A stretch of 64,000 nucleotides of DNA, taken from positions 580 through 64,579 of the forward strand of contig RHAI01000002.1 of NCBI GenBank assembly GCA_010028705.1. Reading direction: 5' to 3'. Under the pieces are notes generated by a model. That model saw nothing but the letters and a program-made list of their open reading frames with translations, ran no database searches and was not told the DNA's origin. The DNA is from a bacterium. GTDB taxonomy: Bacteria > Margulisbacteria > Marinamargulisbacteria > SXXA01. A program made the translations under genes and the position numbers. This document shows positions 9,360-18,747 of the stretch, one piece after another (the first letter of the stretch is position 1; every line of letters begins with the position of its first letter).

Positions 9360-9369
9360 GGGGGTCCCT

Positions 9370-10116
9370 TCAATGTTTGGTAATATGGTGTTTCAGCTCT
9401 TTGAGCGATGCGGTAAGTAGGCGAGAAATGTGCATCTGTGACAAGTTCAGCTTATCCGCGATCTCGCTCTGCGATAGGCCTCGATAAAACCGTAGAAAAA
9501 TTATTTTACGCTCGCGGTGACCGAGTTTAAGGATGGCCTCTCGGAGAGTTACTCGATTGATCATGGCGTCTTCTTTATGGTCCCCACCAAGACTATCCAA
9601 TAACGTTTGATTGGTACCGTCGCCTTTCGAGTTGCTTGAATAGGCTGGGGAGTCGAGGGACACGACAGTGCTGGATTGCCAGGCTTCTATTGATTCGAGG
9701 ACCGTTTCTTCGGGCAATTCGAGGGCGGAAGCAATTTGAGCAATCGTTGGACTCTTACCGTCGTCAGAATTTTCCTTAATGTAGCGCTTGATTCGCGAGT
9801 ATTGCTCTTGAAGTTTTCGGGGGACCTTTAAAATGCCACGTTTATCTCGAAAGTAGTGCTTGATTTCCCCAATAATATTGGGAGAAGCAAATGTCGAAAA
9901 ATCGACTTCCTTGGACGGTTCGAAGCGGTCAACCGATCTTAAAAGCCCAATTGTGCCGACCTGAACCAAGTCGTCGATGTCATCCCGCGTAAATGATAAT
10001 TTTCGGGCAATATATTCCACCAATGGCATGTAAGTTTCGACGATTTGGTCGCGGATAGCGATGTCACCAGTTTTGCGATATTGGAGGATTAGCGCGTCTT
10101 TGCTCGTCGAATTCAA
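9370..10116 (-). CDS. RNA polymerase sigma factor, sigma-70 group 3 (SigB/SigF/FliA-sigma28-like)
   Basis: Region 2: DIDDLVQVGTIGLLRSVDRFEPSKEVDFSTFASPNIIGEIKHYFRDK. Region 4 HTH: LSQSEIADKLNLSQMHISRLL. 248 aa. Confidence 0.8.
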   Translation of the reverse strand: MNSTSKDALILQYRKTGDIAIRDQIVETYMPLVEYIARKLSFTRDDIDDLVQVGTIGLLRSVDRFEPSKEVDFSTFASPNIIGEIKHYFRDKRGILKVPRKLQEQYSRIKRYIKENSDDGKSPTIAQIASALELPEETVLESIEAWQSSTVVSLDSPAYSSNSKGDGTNQTLLDSLGGDHKEDAMINRVTLREAILKLGHRERKIIFLRFYRGLSQSEIADKLNLSQMHISRLLTASLKELKHHITKH

Positions 10117-10203
10117 CTCGGTGTCCTTCTTGAAAATTTGATGGGTAAATGACCGTTTCGGGAGCGTGGTATACTAGCATGTCGGCTGCTATACTAGCAA
10201 ACC

Positions 10204-11376
10204 ATGGACTACCAAATTGATTCGAGAAAAATTCAACCGGGGGATGGTTTTTTGTGCCTGCCGGGTGGCGAACGTTTTGAGGCCGATGCTCGGGATCGGG
10301 GGGCCGTTGAAGTACGGTATCTGGATCGGTTAGAGCTGGCCCGGTTTGCGAATGAATATTTTGATTACCCGTCGCGGAATCTGCAGGTGGTTGGTGTAAC
10401 GGGTACGAACGGCAAGACGACGACAACTCATCTAATCTATAATGGTCTCAAAGCCGCTGGATTTTCACCCGAAATTTTAGGGACTTTAAATGCTGAATTG
10501 ACGACACCGGAAAGTTGGGACATCGCACGGCGAATGGCGGCACATCGGAATGTTGGGGGAACTCATTTTGTGATGGAGGTTTCCTCCCATGCCATTGATC
10601 AGCATCGCGTTGATGGAATCGATTTTGATGTCAAATTACTGACCAATATCACTCAGGACCATTTGGATTACCATAAGACATTTGAAGCCTATCGTGAGAC
10701 AAAATTGCGCTTTATGGCCGGTCCGGGGCGTTCCATTTTTCCTGCCGAATTTACTCAGACGGTGCTTGGTTTTCAGGTGCCCCTCCCTGGACGGTTTAAT
10801 ACGGAGAATTTCCAAGCAGCGGTGGCGGTATTACGTGCTTTAGACGTTTCGGATCACGTGATTTCATCCGCCATGGCATCGGCGAGCGCTCCTCCTGGAC
10901 GGTTTGAATTGGTGAAAGAGGGTCAGCCCTTCGATGTAATCGTAGATTATGCGCATACCCCCGATGGGCTGGAAAACGTCTGTCTGGAAGCCCAGCGAAT
11001 CGCACGGAATCGAAATGGCCAGTTTGTGGTGGTGTTTGGCTGTGGTGGCGATCGAGACCGATCCAAACGACCTAAAATGGGACGGATAGCCGAGCGATTG
11101 GCGGATCGGGTGATTGTGACATCCGATAATCCAAGGTCAGAAGTGCCGGGCGCAATTACTGATGATATTTTGGCGGGCCTAGAAGCGCCGGAGCGGGCGG
11201 TCGTGATCCTGGATCGACGTGAAGCGATTCGGGTAGCGATACAGCAGGCTAAACCTAACGATGTTGTTATGGTTGCCGGGAAAGGCCACGAGACCTACCA
11301 GATTTTAGGTTCTGAGACTATTCACTTTGACGATCGCGACGAATGCCGGAAGGCAATCGCGTCGTGCTTTCAATAA
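10204..11376 (+). CDS. murE: UDP-N-acetylmuramoyl-L-alanyl-D-glutamate--2,6-diaminopimelate ligase, N-terminally short
   Basis: VGVTGTNGKTTTTHLIYNGL P-loop. The DNPR motif (VIVTSDNPRSE) indicates meso-DAP specificity. In-frame stops at 10150 and 10195 preclude a longer N-terminus. 390 aa against a typical ~490. Confidence 0.85.
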   Translation: MDYQIDSRKIQPGDGFLCLPGGERFEADARDRGAVEVRYLDRLELARFANEYFDYPSRNLQVVGVTGTNGKTTTTHLIYNGLKAAGFSPEILGTLNAELTTPESWDIARRMAAHRNVGGTHFVMEVSSHAIDQHRVDGIDFDVKLLTNITQDHLDYHKTFEAYRETKLRFMAGPGRSIFPAEFTQTVLGFQVPLPGRFNTENFQAAVAVLRALDVSDHVISSAMASASAPPGRFELVKEGQPFDVIVDYAHTPDGLENVCLEAQRIARNRNGQFVVVFGCGGDRDRSKRPKMGRIAERLADRVIVTSDNPRSEVPGAITDDILAGLEAPERAVVILDRREAIRVAIQQAKPNDVVMVAGKGHETYQILGSETIHFDDRDECRKAIASCFQ

Positions 11377-11380
11377 CTGT

Positions 11381-12517
11381 ATGAAATATACGATCGATTC
11401 ACGCTTGGTTGAGCCTGGTGATTACTTTATTCCTTTCAAAGGCCCAAGATTCGATGGGCGCGATTTTATTCCAGACGTTATTAAAAATGGTGGCCGGGTA
11501 CTGGATGTTGACTTAGGTGCCTTTGCAAAAAAATATCGAAAAAAATTAAAATGTTCCGTTCTTGCCGTCACCGGCAGTGCCGGAAAGACAACGACCAAAG
11601 ACATGCTTTACGCCGTATTATCCCAAAAATATAAGGTTGTAAAAACAGAGGAGAATCAAAATAACGAGGTCGGCGTTCCGTTGACAATATTGCGCGCCGA
11701 TTTTTCAACCGAGATATTGATCCTTGAAATGGGGATGCGAGGATTAGGGCAGATTTCCGAACTAGCTCGCATCGCACGTCCGAGCCACGTTGTCATCACT
11801 AATATTGGCCTGGCCCATATCGAACTCCTCGGTAACCAAAAAAAAATTGCCCTAGCGAAATCGGAAGTATTTTTGAAGCGATTGGATTGGGAGCGTCCCA
11901 AGAGATTCGCTTTTCTGAACGCATCAACGGCGTACTACGACACCTTGGTTGCAAGGTCGAATCGAGTGGGGTTTGATGTGCTGCCGTTTGGCGGTAACGA
12001 TAAGCCCGAACAAAATATTAATTGTTGCTTTAGCGTTGGCCGTCATTTCGGACTTAGCGATGATGAAATTCATGACGGCCTTAAAACGTATCGACCATCA
12101 TCTCATCGAATGACACCACTAGAATTGCCCCACAACGTTACTGTGCTTGATGATACGTATAACGCAAATCCGGATGGAGTCATCTATTCGTTACAGTATT
12201 TACGGCGATATTCCGGGCGAAAAATCCTAGTCTTGGGTGACATGCTTGAACTCGGGGACTGGTCAGAGTCGGCCCATCAATCCATTGTTGATGTGGCGAT
12301 TGACGCTGGAGTCGAACTGCTGTTTACAACAGGCGAGCATACCCAAAAAATAACGATGGCTTCAGACTTGGTATGGATGGCCCATTTTGAATCGAAGGAT
12401 ACGCTAGTGCGTCAGTTAATTGATGAGGTAAAACCTGGGGATGTTATCCTAGTAAAAGGGTCCCGGGGTATGACGATGGAGACTGTCGTCAATGCGTTGG
12501 TGGAAGGGATAAGATGA
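11381..12517 (+). CDS. murF: UDP-N-acetylmuramoyl-tripeptide--D-alanyl-D-alanine ligase
   Basis: MKYTIDSRLVEPGDYFIPFKG...LAVTGSAGKTTTKDMLYAVLS. The start moved to ATG 11381, just after the murE stop. The track ORF at 11327 overlaps murE. Confidence 0.85.
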   Translation: MKYTIDSRLVEPGDYFIPFKGPRFDGRDFIPDVIKNGGRVLDVDLGAFAKKYRKKLKCSVLAVTGSAGKTTTKDMLYAVLSQKYKVVKTEENQNNEVGVPLTILRADFSTEILILEMGMRGLGQISELARIARPSHVVITNIGLAHIELLGNQKKIALAKSEVFLKRLDWERPKRFAFLNASTAYYDTLVARSNRVGFDVLPFGGNDKPEQNINCCFSVGRHFGLSDDEIHDGLKTYRPSSHRMTPLELPHNVTVLDDTYNANPDGVIYSLQYLRRYSGRKILVLGDMLELGDWSESAHQSIVDVAIDAGVELLFTTGEHTQKITMASDLVWMAHFESKDTLVRQLIDEVKPGDVILVKGSRGMTMETVVNALVEGIR

Positions 12518-13401
12518 CCATTGGATGGATTTTCTTAGCGACTCTTCCATGCTATTGGGGGTTGATAGTTGTCCTCCGGGTTCTAAAGGGTGTGCAGCGA
12601 ATATACGAGTTGTCGCCAGCCCAACATCAAGGTAAATCGGGGACGGTGTCGATGGGTGGCATCGGCATTGTTTGCTTGACCATATTGGCATCTGTTGCAA
12701 CTCGCCAACTCGCACCGACGGATATTTTTTTATTAGCCGTGCTGGCGGGCTTTGGAATCGTCGGTTTTATGGATGACGTTATGTCAATTCGTCGGCGGAA
12801 AAACCTGGGGCTGACCGCTTCGTACAAATTCCTAATTCAACTTGGGGTGTCTGTGGTGATGGTCCTTGCCTTTCACACGTGGATTCGCGCGTTGCCGGTC
12901 TGGCAACTTGGGTGGTACGTATTTATGATGACTGGGTTTTCGAACGCAACAAATTTAACCGATGGATTGGATGGATTGTTGGGTGGGTTGTCGCTGATTA
13001 CTTTGGGAGCCTTTCTTATTGGTGTCAGTGGCGTGGCCGGTGCATCAATTATAGGGGTTGCAATGGCCGTCGTCGCCGGGTTTTTGGTATTCAATGTTAA
13101 CCCCGCGAAAGTGTTTATGGGGGACACTGGCTCCTTAGCCTTGGGGGCTTTTTTTGTAGCCCTTTCCATGGTGATTAATCAGCCATTTATTATGCTGATC
13201 CTTGGGGGGGTGTATGTGATTGAAACGCTAAGTGTCATTCTTCAAGTCCTGTCGTTTAAGTGGCGCGGTAAACGGGTGTTTCGCATGGCACCCCTGCATC
13301 ACCATTTTGAATTGATGGGCTGGTCGGAACGAAAGGTTGTGACGGTCTTCTGGGTAGGCGGGATGGTATGTTCAGGGCTAGCGTGGTGGATATTCAACTA
13401 G
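12514..13401 (+). CDS. mraY: Phospho-N-acetylmuramoyl-pentapeptide transferase (compact, 295 aa)
   Basis: DDVMSIRRRKN, NATNLTDGLDGL, FMGDTGSLALG, ETLSVILQVLSFKWRGKRVFRMAPLHHHFEL. ATGA overlap with murF. Confidence 0.9.
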   Translation: MTIGWIFLATLPCYWGLIVVLRVLKGVQRIYELSPAQHQGKSGTVSMGGIGIVCLTILASVATRQLAPTDIFLLAVLAGFGIVGFMDDVMSIRRRKNLGLTASYKFLIQLGVSVVMVLAFHTWIRALPVWQLGWYVFMMTGFSNATNLTDGLDGLLGGLSLITLGAFLIGVSGVAGASIIGVAMAVVAGFLVFNVNPAKVFMGDTGSLALGAFFVALSMVINQPFIMLILGGVYVIETLSVILQVLSFKWRGKRVFRMAPLHHHFELMGWSERKVVTVFWVGGMVCSGLAWWIFN

Positions 13402-14609
13402 ATAAAGTCGCGGTGCTGGGAGATGGAATTACCGGACGAGCTGTTCGTGAGTACCTCCATGCCCATGGATTTGCTCCGGTGCCACCGACTGACGCGGAAG
13501 TCTTGGTTGTGAGTCCTGGCATTCATCCGTCACACTATCCATCGACGCCGGCTATTGTGATGTCGGAAATTGAATTTGCTTATCAGATGTTCAAAAAAAA
13601 ATTGAGGCCCCCAAAATTGGTAGCGGTTACGGGGACCAATGGGAAATCGACGATTACATCAATGATTGGCCACATCCTCGATGCTCCGATCTCGGGAAAT
13701 ATAGGGCGCCCGTTCATTGCCTGTGCTGATTTAGAGGATCCGATAATTATTGTTGAAGTTAGCAGTTATCAGTTAGAAACCGTTATCGAATTTTCGCCTA
13801 GTGTAAGCGTGGTGTCTAATATTACTCCGGATCATCTCGAGCGTCACGGGACAATGGCGGCTTATGCGGCCGCGAAGTCTCGTGTCTTTATGAATCAATT
13901 GGCTAAAGATGTACTCGTAGCCCATGGGTCCGATGTGATGGTTCAGTCGATAATTACTCAATGCCCCGCTCAACAAGTCCTGTTAACCCCAACGTCTGAA
14001 CTGACCCTCACCATCGCACGATTAGCTGCGGGCGCCCAAGCGAATGGAAACGCTCGAGGTCTGATTGGATCTCATAATCATTTAAATGGCGCCATGGCCG
14101 TTGCCGCCTCTGTGGCCCTTGGATGGCAAGAATCGGATGCCATCGAAAAACTCCTCTCTTACCTCCCTCTGCCTCACCGAATGGAATGGGTGCGGCACAT
14201 TGACGGGCGAGATTTTTTTAACGACTCCAAGGCAACCAACCCGGAGTCAACATTAGTGGCTGTGTCATCATTTGCCTCACCCGTTCATTTGTTGTTAGGG
14301 GGGAAAGACAAGGGGTTGGAAATGGCCGTTTTTTTACAACAGGTCAACCAGATGGTGGCCAGTATCACTGTTTATGGGGAAATCGGTGACAGAATTATAC
14401 GGACACTCGACAACGTATCCTGTACAATTCCCGTTAAACAGGTGGATACGTTGGACGCGGCCACGCTCTGGGCGTTCGAACATTCTGATCCGGGCAGCGT
14501 TATTCTGCTGTCACCGGCCTGTTCAAGCTTTGACCAATTTACGGATTTTAATCATCGAGGAGATCATTTTAAGGCATATGTCCACGCGATTCGTTCGGTC
14601 TCGGCCTGA
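13368..14609 (+). CDS. murD: UDP-N-acetylmuramoylalanine--D-glutamate ligase
   Basis: LVAVTGTNGKSTITSMIGHIL. Mur ligase central and C-terminal domains. Position between mraY and ftsW. Confidence 0.85.
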   Translation: MFRASVVDIQLDKVAVLGDGITGRAVREYLHAHGFAPVPPTDAEVLVVSPGIHPSHYPSTPAIVMSEIEFAYQMFKKKLRPPKLVAVTGTNGKSTITSMIGHILDAPISGNIGRPFIACADLEDPIIIVEVSSYQLETVIEFSPSVSVVSNITPDHLERHGTMAAYAAAKSRVFMNQLAKDVLVAHGSDVMVQSIITQCPAQQVLLTPTSELTLTIARLAAGAQANGNARGLIGSHNHLNGAMAVAASVALGWQESDAIEKLLSYLPLPHRMEWVRHIDGRDFFNDSKATNPESTLVAVSSFASPVHLLLGGKDKGLEMAVFLQQVNQMVASITVYGEIGDRIIRTLDNVSCTIPVKQVDTLDAATLWAFEHSDPGSVILLSPACSSFDQFTDFNHRGDHFKAYVHAIRSVSA

Positions 14610-15708
14610 TCTGCCGTTATTGTTAATCACCTTAGGCCTGATCGTCATTGGAGTAATTATGATTATTTCAACGAGTTCAGTGGTGGGATATACCGGTTAC
14701 AATGACAGCTATTACTTCATCAAAAAACATTTGCTATATCTCGTCATGGGTACCCTGACATTTACGCTGGGATTTAAGATTCCGCATACCCGGTATCAAA
14801 AATGGGCGGGTCGCGGCGTGGCCATTTGTAGCATTCTAGTCATCTTAACGATGATTCCGGGTATCGGGGTGATGGCCTTTGGGGCTCGACGATGGATCAA
14901 TCTAGGTTTTTTTAGTTTCCAGCCCGTTGAAACCTTAAAGTTTTTTGTAATAACTTATACGGCGTTAGTACTATCTCAGAAAAAAGAAAAAATTCGATCC
15001 ATTCAGCATGGATTGCTCCCTTTTTTTGGGGTCGTTGTGATTCCGATATTGTTGACGGCTAAGCAACCTGATTTGGGGAATACTGTGCTCATGGGAGTCG
15101 TTATTTTCGCGTTATTGTTCGTAGCGAAGTCACGACTAACTCATTTGTTTGGGTTGGTTGCCGCTGGATTGGGTGGCGTAGTGGGTAGTATTTTTTTGCA
15201 TCCGTATCAAATGCAGCGAATCAAGACTTTTTTGGATCCATTCGCCGATCCACTCGGTAAAAGTTATCACATTGTTCAAAGTTTTATTGCCATTGGTTCA
15301 GGCGGTTTTTGGGGTGTTGGTATTGGGCAGAGTCGTCTGAAATATTCGTATTTGCCGCTTCAATATTCGGATTTTATTTTCTCGATAATTTGCGAAGAAG
15401 GCGGATGGATCTTAGCGGTAACAGTTATTTTGCTGCTCCTGTTTTTTTTTCATCGTGGGATGAAAATTGCACTGAAATCTCATTCATTATTTTCTTACTA
15501 TTTAGCGATTGGATTGGCGTTACAGATTGTTCTCCAATCATTCATCAACATTGCAGTGGCCGTTGGGGTATTTCCGACCAAAGGAATTCCGTTAGCGTTT
15601 ATTAGTTTTGGGGGTACCTCATTAATTATGTCGATGTTTACGGTTGGTGTGATGATGAATATTTCCACGATGACGGCTCTCCCGAAAGAAAACCCGCGTG
15701 CCGGATAA
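14578..15708 (+). CDS. ftsW: SEDS-family peptidoglycan glycosyltransferase / cell-division protein FtsW
   Basis: A 10-TM SEDS protein (GIGVMAFGARRWINLGFFSFQPVE...QPDLGNTVLM...IAIGSGGFWGVGIGQS...DFIFSII). The start is set at Met 14578. The track start at 14374 lies deep inside murD. Confidence 0.8.
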   Translation: MSTRFVRSRPDLPLLLITLGLIVIGVIMIISTSSVVGYTGYNDSYYFIKKHLLYLVMGTLTFTLGFKIPHTRYQKWAGRGVAICSILVILTMIPGIGVMAFGARRWINLGFFSFQPVETLKFFVITYTALVLSQKKEKIRSIQHGLLPFFGVVVIPILLTAKQPDLGNTVLMGVVIFALLFVAKSRLTHLFGLVAAGLGGVVGSIFLHPYQMQRIKTFLDPFADPLGKSYHIVQSFIAIGSGGFWGVGIGQSRLKYSYLPLQYSDFIFSIICEEGGWILAVTVILLLLFFFHRGMKIALKSHSLFSYYLAIGLALQIVLQSFINIAVAVGVFPTKGIPLAFISFGGTSLIMSMFTVGVMMNISTMTALPKENPRAG

Positions 15709-16723
15709 ATTTATTGTTTCGTGCGGCGGAACCGGTGGCCATATCTATCCTGCAATTGCCGTTGCTCAGGAGATGTCGGAATTTCAAGCGGTGTTTCTGG
15801 GATCGACTGATCGCATAGACGGTGATATCGTTCGGCGCCACGGGTATCCATTCTATGGGGTGGCTTCCTCTCGATCGTCAATCGCTGCTCTGAGTGTTGG
15901 CATATTTCGAGCGCTTGGGCATATTCGTCGAGTTAAACCCCGTTGGGTGGTGTGCACGGGTGGTATGATTACCTTGCCGGTAGCGATCGCGGCCAAATTA
16001 TGTCGTGTTCCCATAATCGTACTAGAGCAAAATTCAATTACGGGTCGAACCAATCGGATCATTAGTTACATGGCATCGTTTGTGATTGGGGCGTTTCCAA
16101 CTACCAAAGGGTTGCCATCAGCGGTCCCGTTAGGGAATCCGGTTCGAAAGGTATTTTTGACCGATTCGTGGGTGGAGGCATTGGTTCCAATTCTAGAAAT
16201 TCAACGTGATGTGATTTTGGTATTCGGTGGGAGCCAGGGGTCCCATGGACTCAATAAGATTGTTCTCGATAACGTGCCCCAATTTGCGGTTCGCCATTGG
16301 TTTTTAGTCCATATTGTTGGCGATGCCGAATATCGCCGAATGGGCTATTCCGGGCCGATTCAGTCGCTTGTTACCCCAAGTGGAAAAATAATCGGCGTGA
16401 TCTTGCCGTACGCTGAATCGATGGATGTCTTGTATCGCTTTGCATCTGTTGTCGTGTGTCGGTCTGGGGCGACGTCACTGGCTGAATTATTGGAGTTTCA
16501 GAAGCCGTCAGTCTTGATACCATACCCGTACGCCACTGATGATCATCAGCGCTATAACGCTGAATTGATGGTGGAAAAGGGGGCGTCTGTCATGATTAGC
16601 GAGTCGTCATTGACGATCGACGGATTGATGGACGCCATTGATACGGCCCAACGCTGTCGGGTTCCGGCAGGGAGCGGGGGCGCGCGTGAGCGTATTGCAA
16701 CCATGATTCAAAAAATAAAGTAA
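15698..16723 (+). CDS. murG: Undecaprenyldiphospho-muramoylpentapeptide beta-N-acetylglucosaminyltransferase
   Basis: VSCGGTGGHIYPAIAVAQE N-terminal motif. GT-B architecture. C-terminal VVCRSGATSLAELLEFQKPSVLIPYPYATDDHQRYNAE. Confidence 0.85.
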   Translation: MPDKFIVSCGGTGGHIYPAIAVAQEMSEFQAVFLGSTDRIDGDIVRRHGYPFYGVASSRSSIAALSVGIFRALGHIRRVKPRWVVCTGGMITLPVAIAAKLCRVPIIVLEQNSITGRTNRIISYMASFVIGAFPTTKGLPSAVPLGNPVRKVFLTDSWVEALVPILEIQRDVILVFGGSQGSHGLNKIVLDNVPQFAVRHWFLVHIVGDAEYRRMGYSGPIQSLVTPSGKIIGVILPYAESMDVLYRFASVVVCRSGATSLAELLEFQKPSVLIPYPYATDDHQRYNAELMVEKGASVMISESSLTIDGLMDAIDTAQRCRVPAGSGGARERIATMIQKIK

Positions 16724-17552
16724 TGCGTATTGGTGTCGTCACACGAAATCCTCGCTTATATTCCTCGAAGCGATTAATTCAGGCGATACGCGATGTCGGG
16801 CACGAGGCTGTTATTATCGATCCATTTCGATGCGTTTTGCAGTGTAATCCATTAGCGATTCGCCATAAAAATAGACCCTTGCCTACTATGGCGTTTGTAA
16901 TTCCGCGAATTGCCACTCAGGGCTTTCCGGTGGTTATGGCGGTGTTGAGACATTTTGAAGCAATGGGCGTCCCCCTCGTAAATTCGACTTCAAGTATCGC
17001 GCTTGCGAGAGACAAATGGGCCACGCTCCAGACACTTGCGATGGCAGGGCTCCCCATTCCAACCTCGGTGTTTTCAACCGATCCGTTATATTCGAGCCAT
17101 TTGACACGGCATCTCGGATCGCCTGTCGTGTTGAAAACCCTCGATGGCACTCAGGGCGCTGGTGTTATGGTAGCAGAATCACGCCGGAGCGCCCGGAGTA
17201 TCGTCGAATGTTTGAATACCTCGCGGACTGATTTTATCGCTCAAGAATACATCGCTGAAGCTGGAAATTCTGATATTCGATGCCTAGTGCTTGACGGTAA
17301 AATACTTGCGGCAATGCAGCGAAAAAGTGCCGATGATGACTTTCGTGCCAATATTCATTTGGGAGGCGAAGCATCCGTAGTTCAGCTGTCAGCCGACGAA
17401 ATTCGAGTAGCGATTGCGGCGGCCCAAGTAGTGGGTGTGCGATTTGCCGGTGTCGATTTATTACGCCGGGTCTGGAAGGGATTGAATCCGTGAGTCAACG
17501 GGACATTTCTCATGCAGTCATTGAGTACATGTTCCGCCATTATGGGCTCTGA
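16723..17552 (+). pseudogene. rimK: rimK-family ATP-grasp alpha-L-glutamate ligase disrupted by a small deletion/frameshift near the 3' end
   Basis: Colinear with E. coli RimK from MRIGVVTRNPRLYSSKRLIQAIRDVGHEAVIIDP through ...VGVRFAGVDLLR. The frame then reads RVWKGLNP* (stop at 17491-17493). The expected C-terminus TPGLEGIESVSQRDISHAVIEYMFRHYGL* is encoded in the +2 frame (17463..17552). The intervening ~13 codons (E. coli ANRGPLVMEVNAS, carrying the metal-binding E/N) are missing. Confidence 0.7.
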
Positions 17553-17672
17553 ACATCTGATTCAGATAGACCTTAATGACGCCGTAAAAATCACGGTATC
17601 TTTAGGCAGACGAGGTGTGTACCGGAGTATTCGAGGACGGCGAGCGGAAATATAAGACGGCTATTGGCTTTG

Positions 17673-18620
17673 TCAGCAGCGCCCAAAAATTGTGCGATGG
17701 ATACTTTCTAGTTGGTCGATTGCACGGATAATCCCGACCAAAGGTGGCGAAAATGGCGCGATGTGTTCGGCGGTTAGGTGATCGATTCCCCCAATCGCTA
17801 CGTACGGAATATTGATTTTCTCCCGTGCGGCTTCCAAGTAGGCCAATCCGATCCCGGCTCGATTTGGCTTGGACGGGGTGTCCCAAATGGGTCCGACACT
17901 AATATAGTCGGCGCCGTTTGATTGTGCGTCTAGCCCCTGCTGAATACTATGAGTCGTGCGTCCCAGTAGCCGATGAGGTCCCATAAGTTTTCGTTGTGTC
18001 GCCAGGGGGATATCGTCTTGCCCAGTGTGTAGGCCATCCGCATTGACGGCCAATGCGATATCGAGAAAGTCATTAATTATTACCGGCACCTCTGGCGGTT
18101 TTTGTGTCACTAATTCCAATGCTTTGGTATAAATGACCGCCTTCGATGCCGATTTATCCCTCAGTTGAATCAGCACGGCTCCACGTCTTGCCGCGTCTAA
18201 CAATACGTTGACATCGTCCGATATGACATAAATTCCGGGGTTGATGGGAGGTTTTAATTGGGTAAGTACCAAAGTTTTTTCGATTTCGTACATTTTGTAT
18301 CGAATCGTGGTGAACTGGGGGGCCCCCGTATATTCTTCCAATACACGGGATGCTTCGGTTACTCGGTGGAAATTGGCGGCTAGTAGCTCGGTAATGGACT
18401 GCCGAGGGGGCGGCGGTTCGTGGGATCGTGTGTCTCGAAGTGTATCGCGGGCATTGAGTCGATCGGCGCTAATCCCATTGTACTGTCCAATCTGGTGGCG
18501 AAGCTCTGATAACTGGCTAGCGATTTTGGAATTACTGGCGACGAATCGAGCATATTCCTCAAGAACTCGTAACCCTTCACTTGCACGATTTAGATTAGCA
18601 TCTACAATTTCCGGAAACAT
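17673..18620 (-). CDS. thiE: Thiamine-phosphate synthase with a ~120-aa N-terminal extension containing an internal duplication
   Basis: C-terminal ThiE core: GIYVISDD...LIQLRDKS...INDFLDIALAVNADGLHTGQDD...ISVGPIWDTPSKP...YVAIGGI. The N-terminal region carries two related ~35-aa segments (LNRASEGLRVLEEYARF / FHRVTEASRVLEEYTGA). Confidence 0.8.
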   Translation of the reverse strand: MFPEIVDANLNRASEGLRVLEEYARFVASNSKIASQLSELRHQIGQYNGISADRLNARDTLRDTRSHEPPPPRQSITELLAANFHRVTEASRVLEEYTGAPQFTTIRYKMYEIEKTLVLTQLKPPINPGIYVISDDVNVLLDAARRGAVLIQLRDKSASKAVIYTKALELVTQKPPEVPVIINDFLDIALAVNADGLHTGQDDIPLATQRKLMGPHRLLGRTTHSIQQGLDAQSNGADYISVGPIWDTPSKPNRAGIGLAYLEAAREKINIPYVAIGGIDHLTAEHIAPFSPPLVGIIRAIDQLESIHRTIFGRC

Positions 18621-18747
18621 GGGTCCAGTTTACATCCCTAAGACGCTAATTAGCAAAATTTTCCAACGTTCTTATTATTTTCTAATTTTTTTTTAATTCA
18701 ATGTTTACTGTGCAACTGGTACTCTTACCGCATCTTTAAAGCAGGAG

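Noticed and set aside
10141-10203. Direct repeat TATACTAGCA x2 upstream of murE as a mobile-element footprint
   Set aside because: The repeats are short and lie in the promoter/-10-like region. In-frame stops at 10150 and 10195 simply delimit the short murE start. There is no associated transposase or target duplication context.
14374-14577. Long N-terminal extension of ftsW (track start 14374)
   Set aside because: This would overlap 236 nt of murD in another frame. The conserved FtsW/SEDS sequence begins at Met 14578, which is preceded by the murD 3' end. The longer start was rejected.
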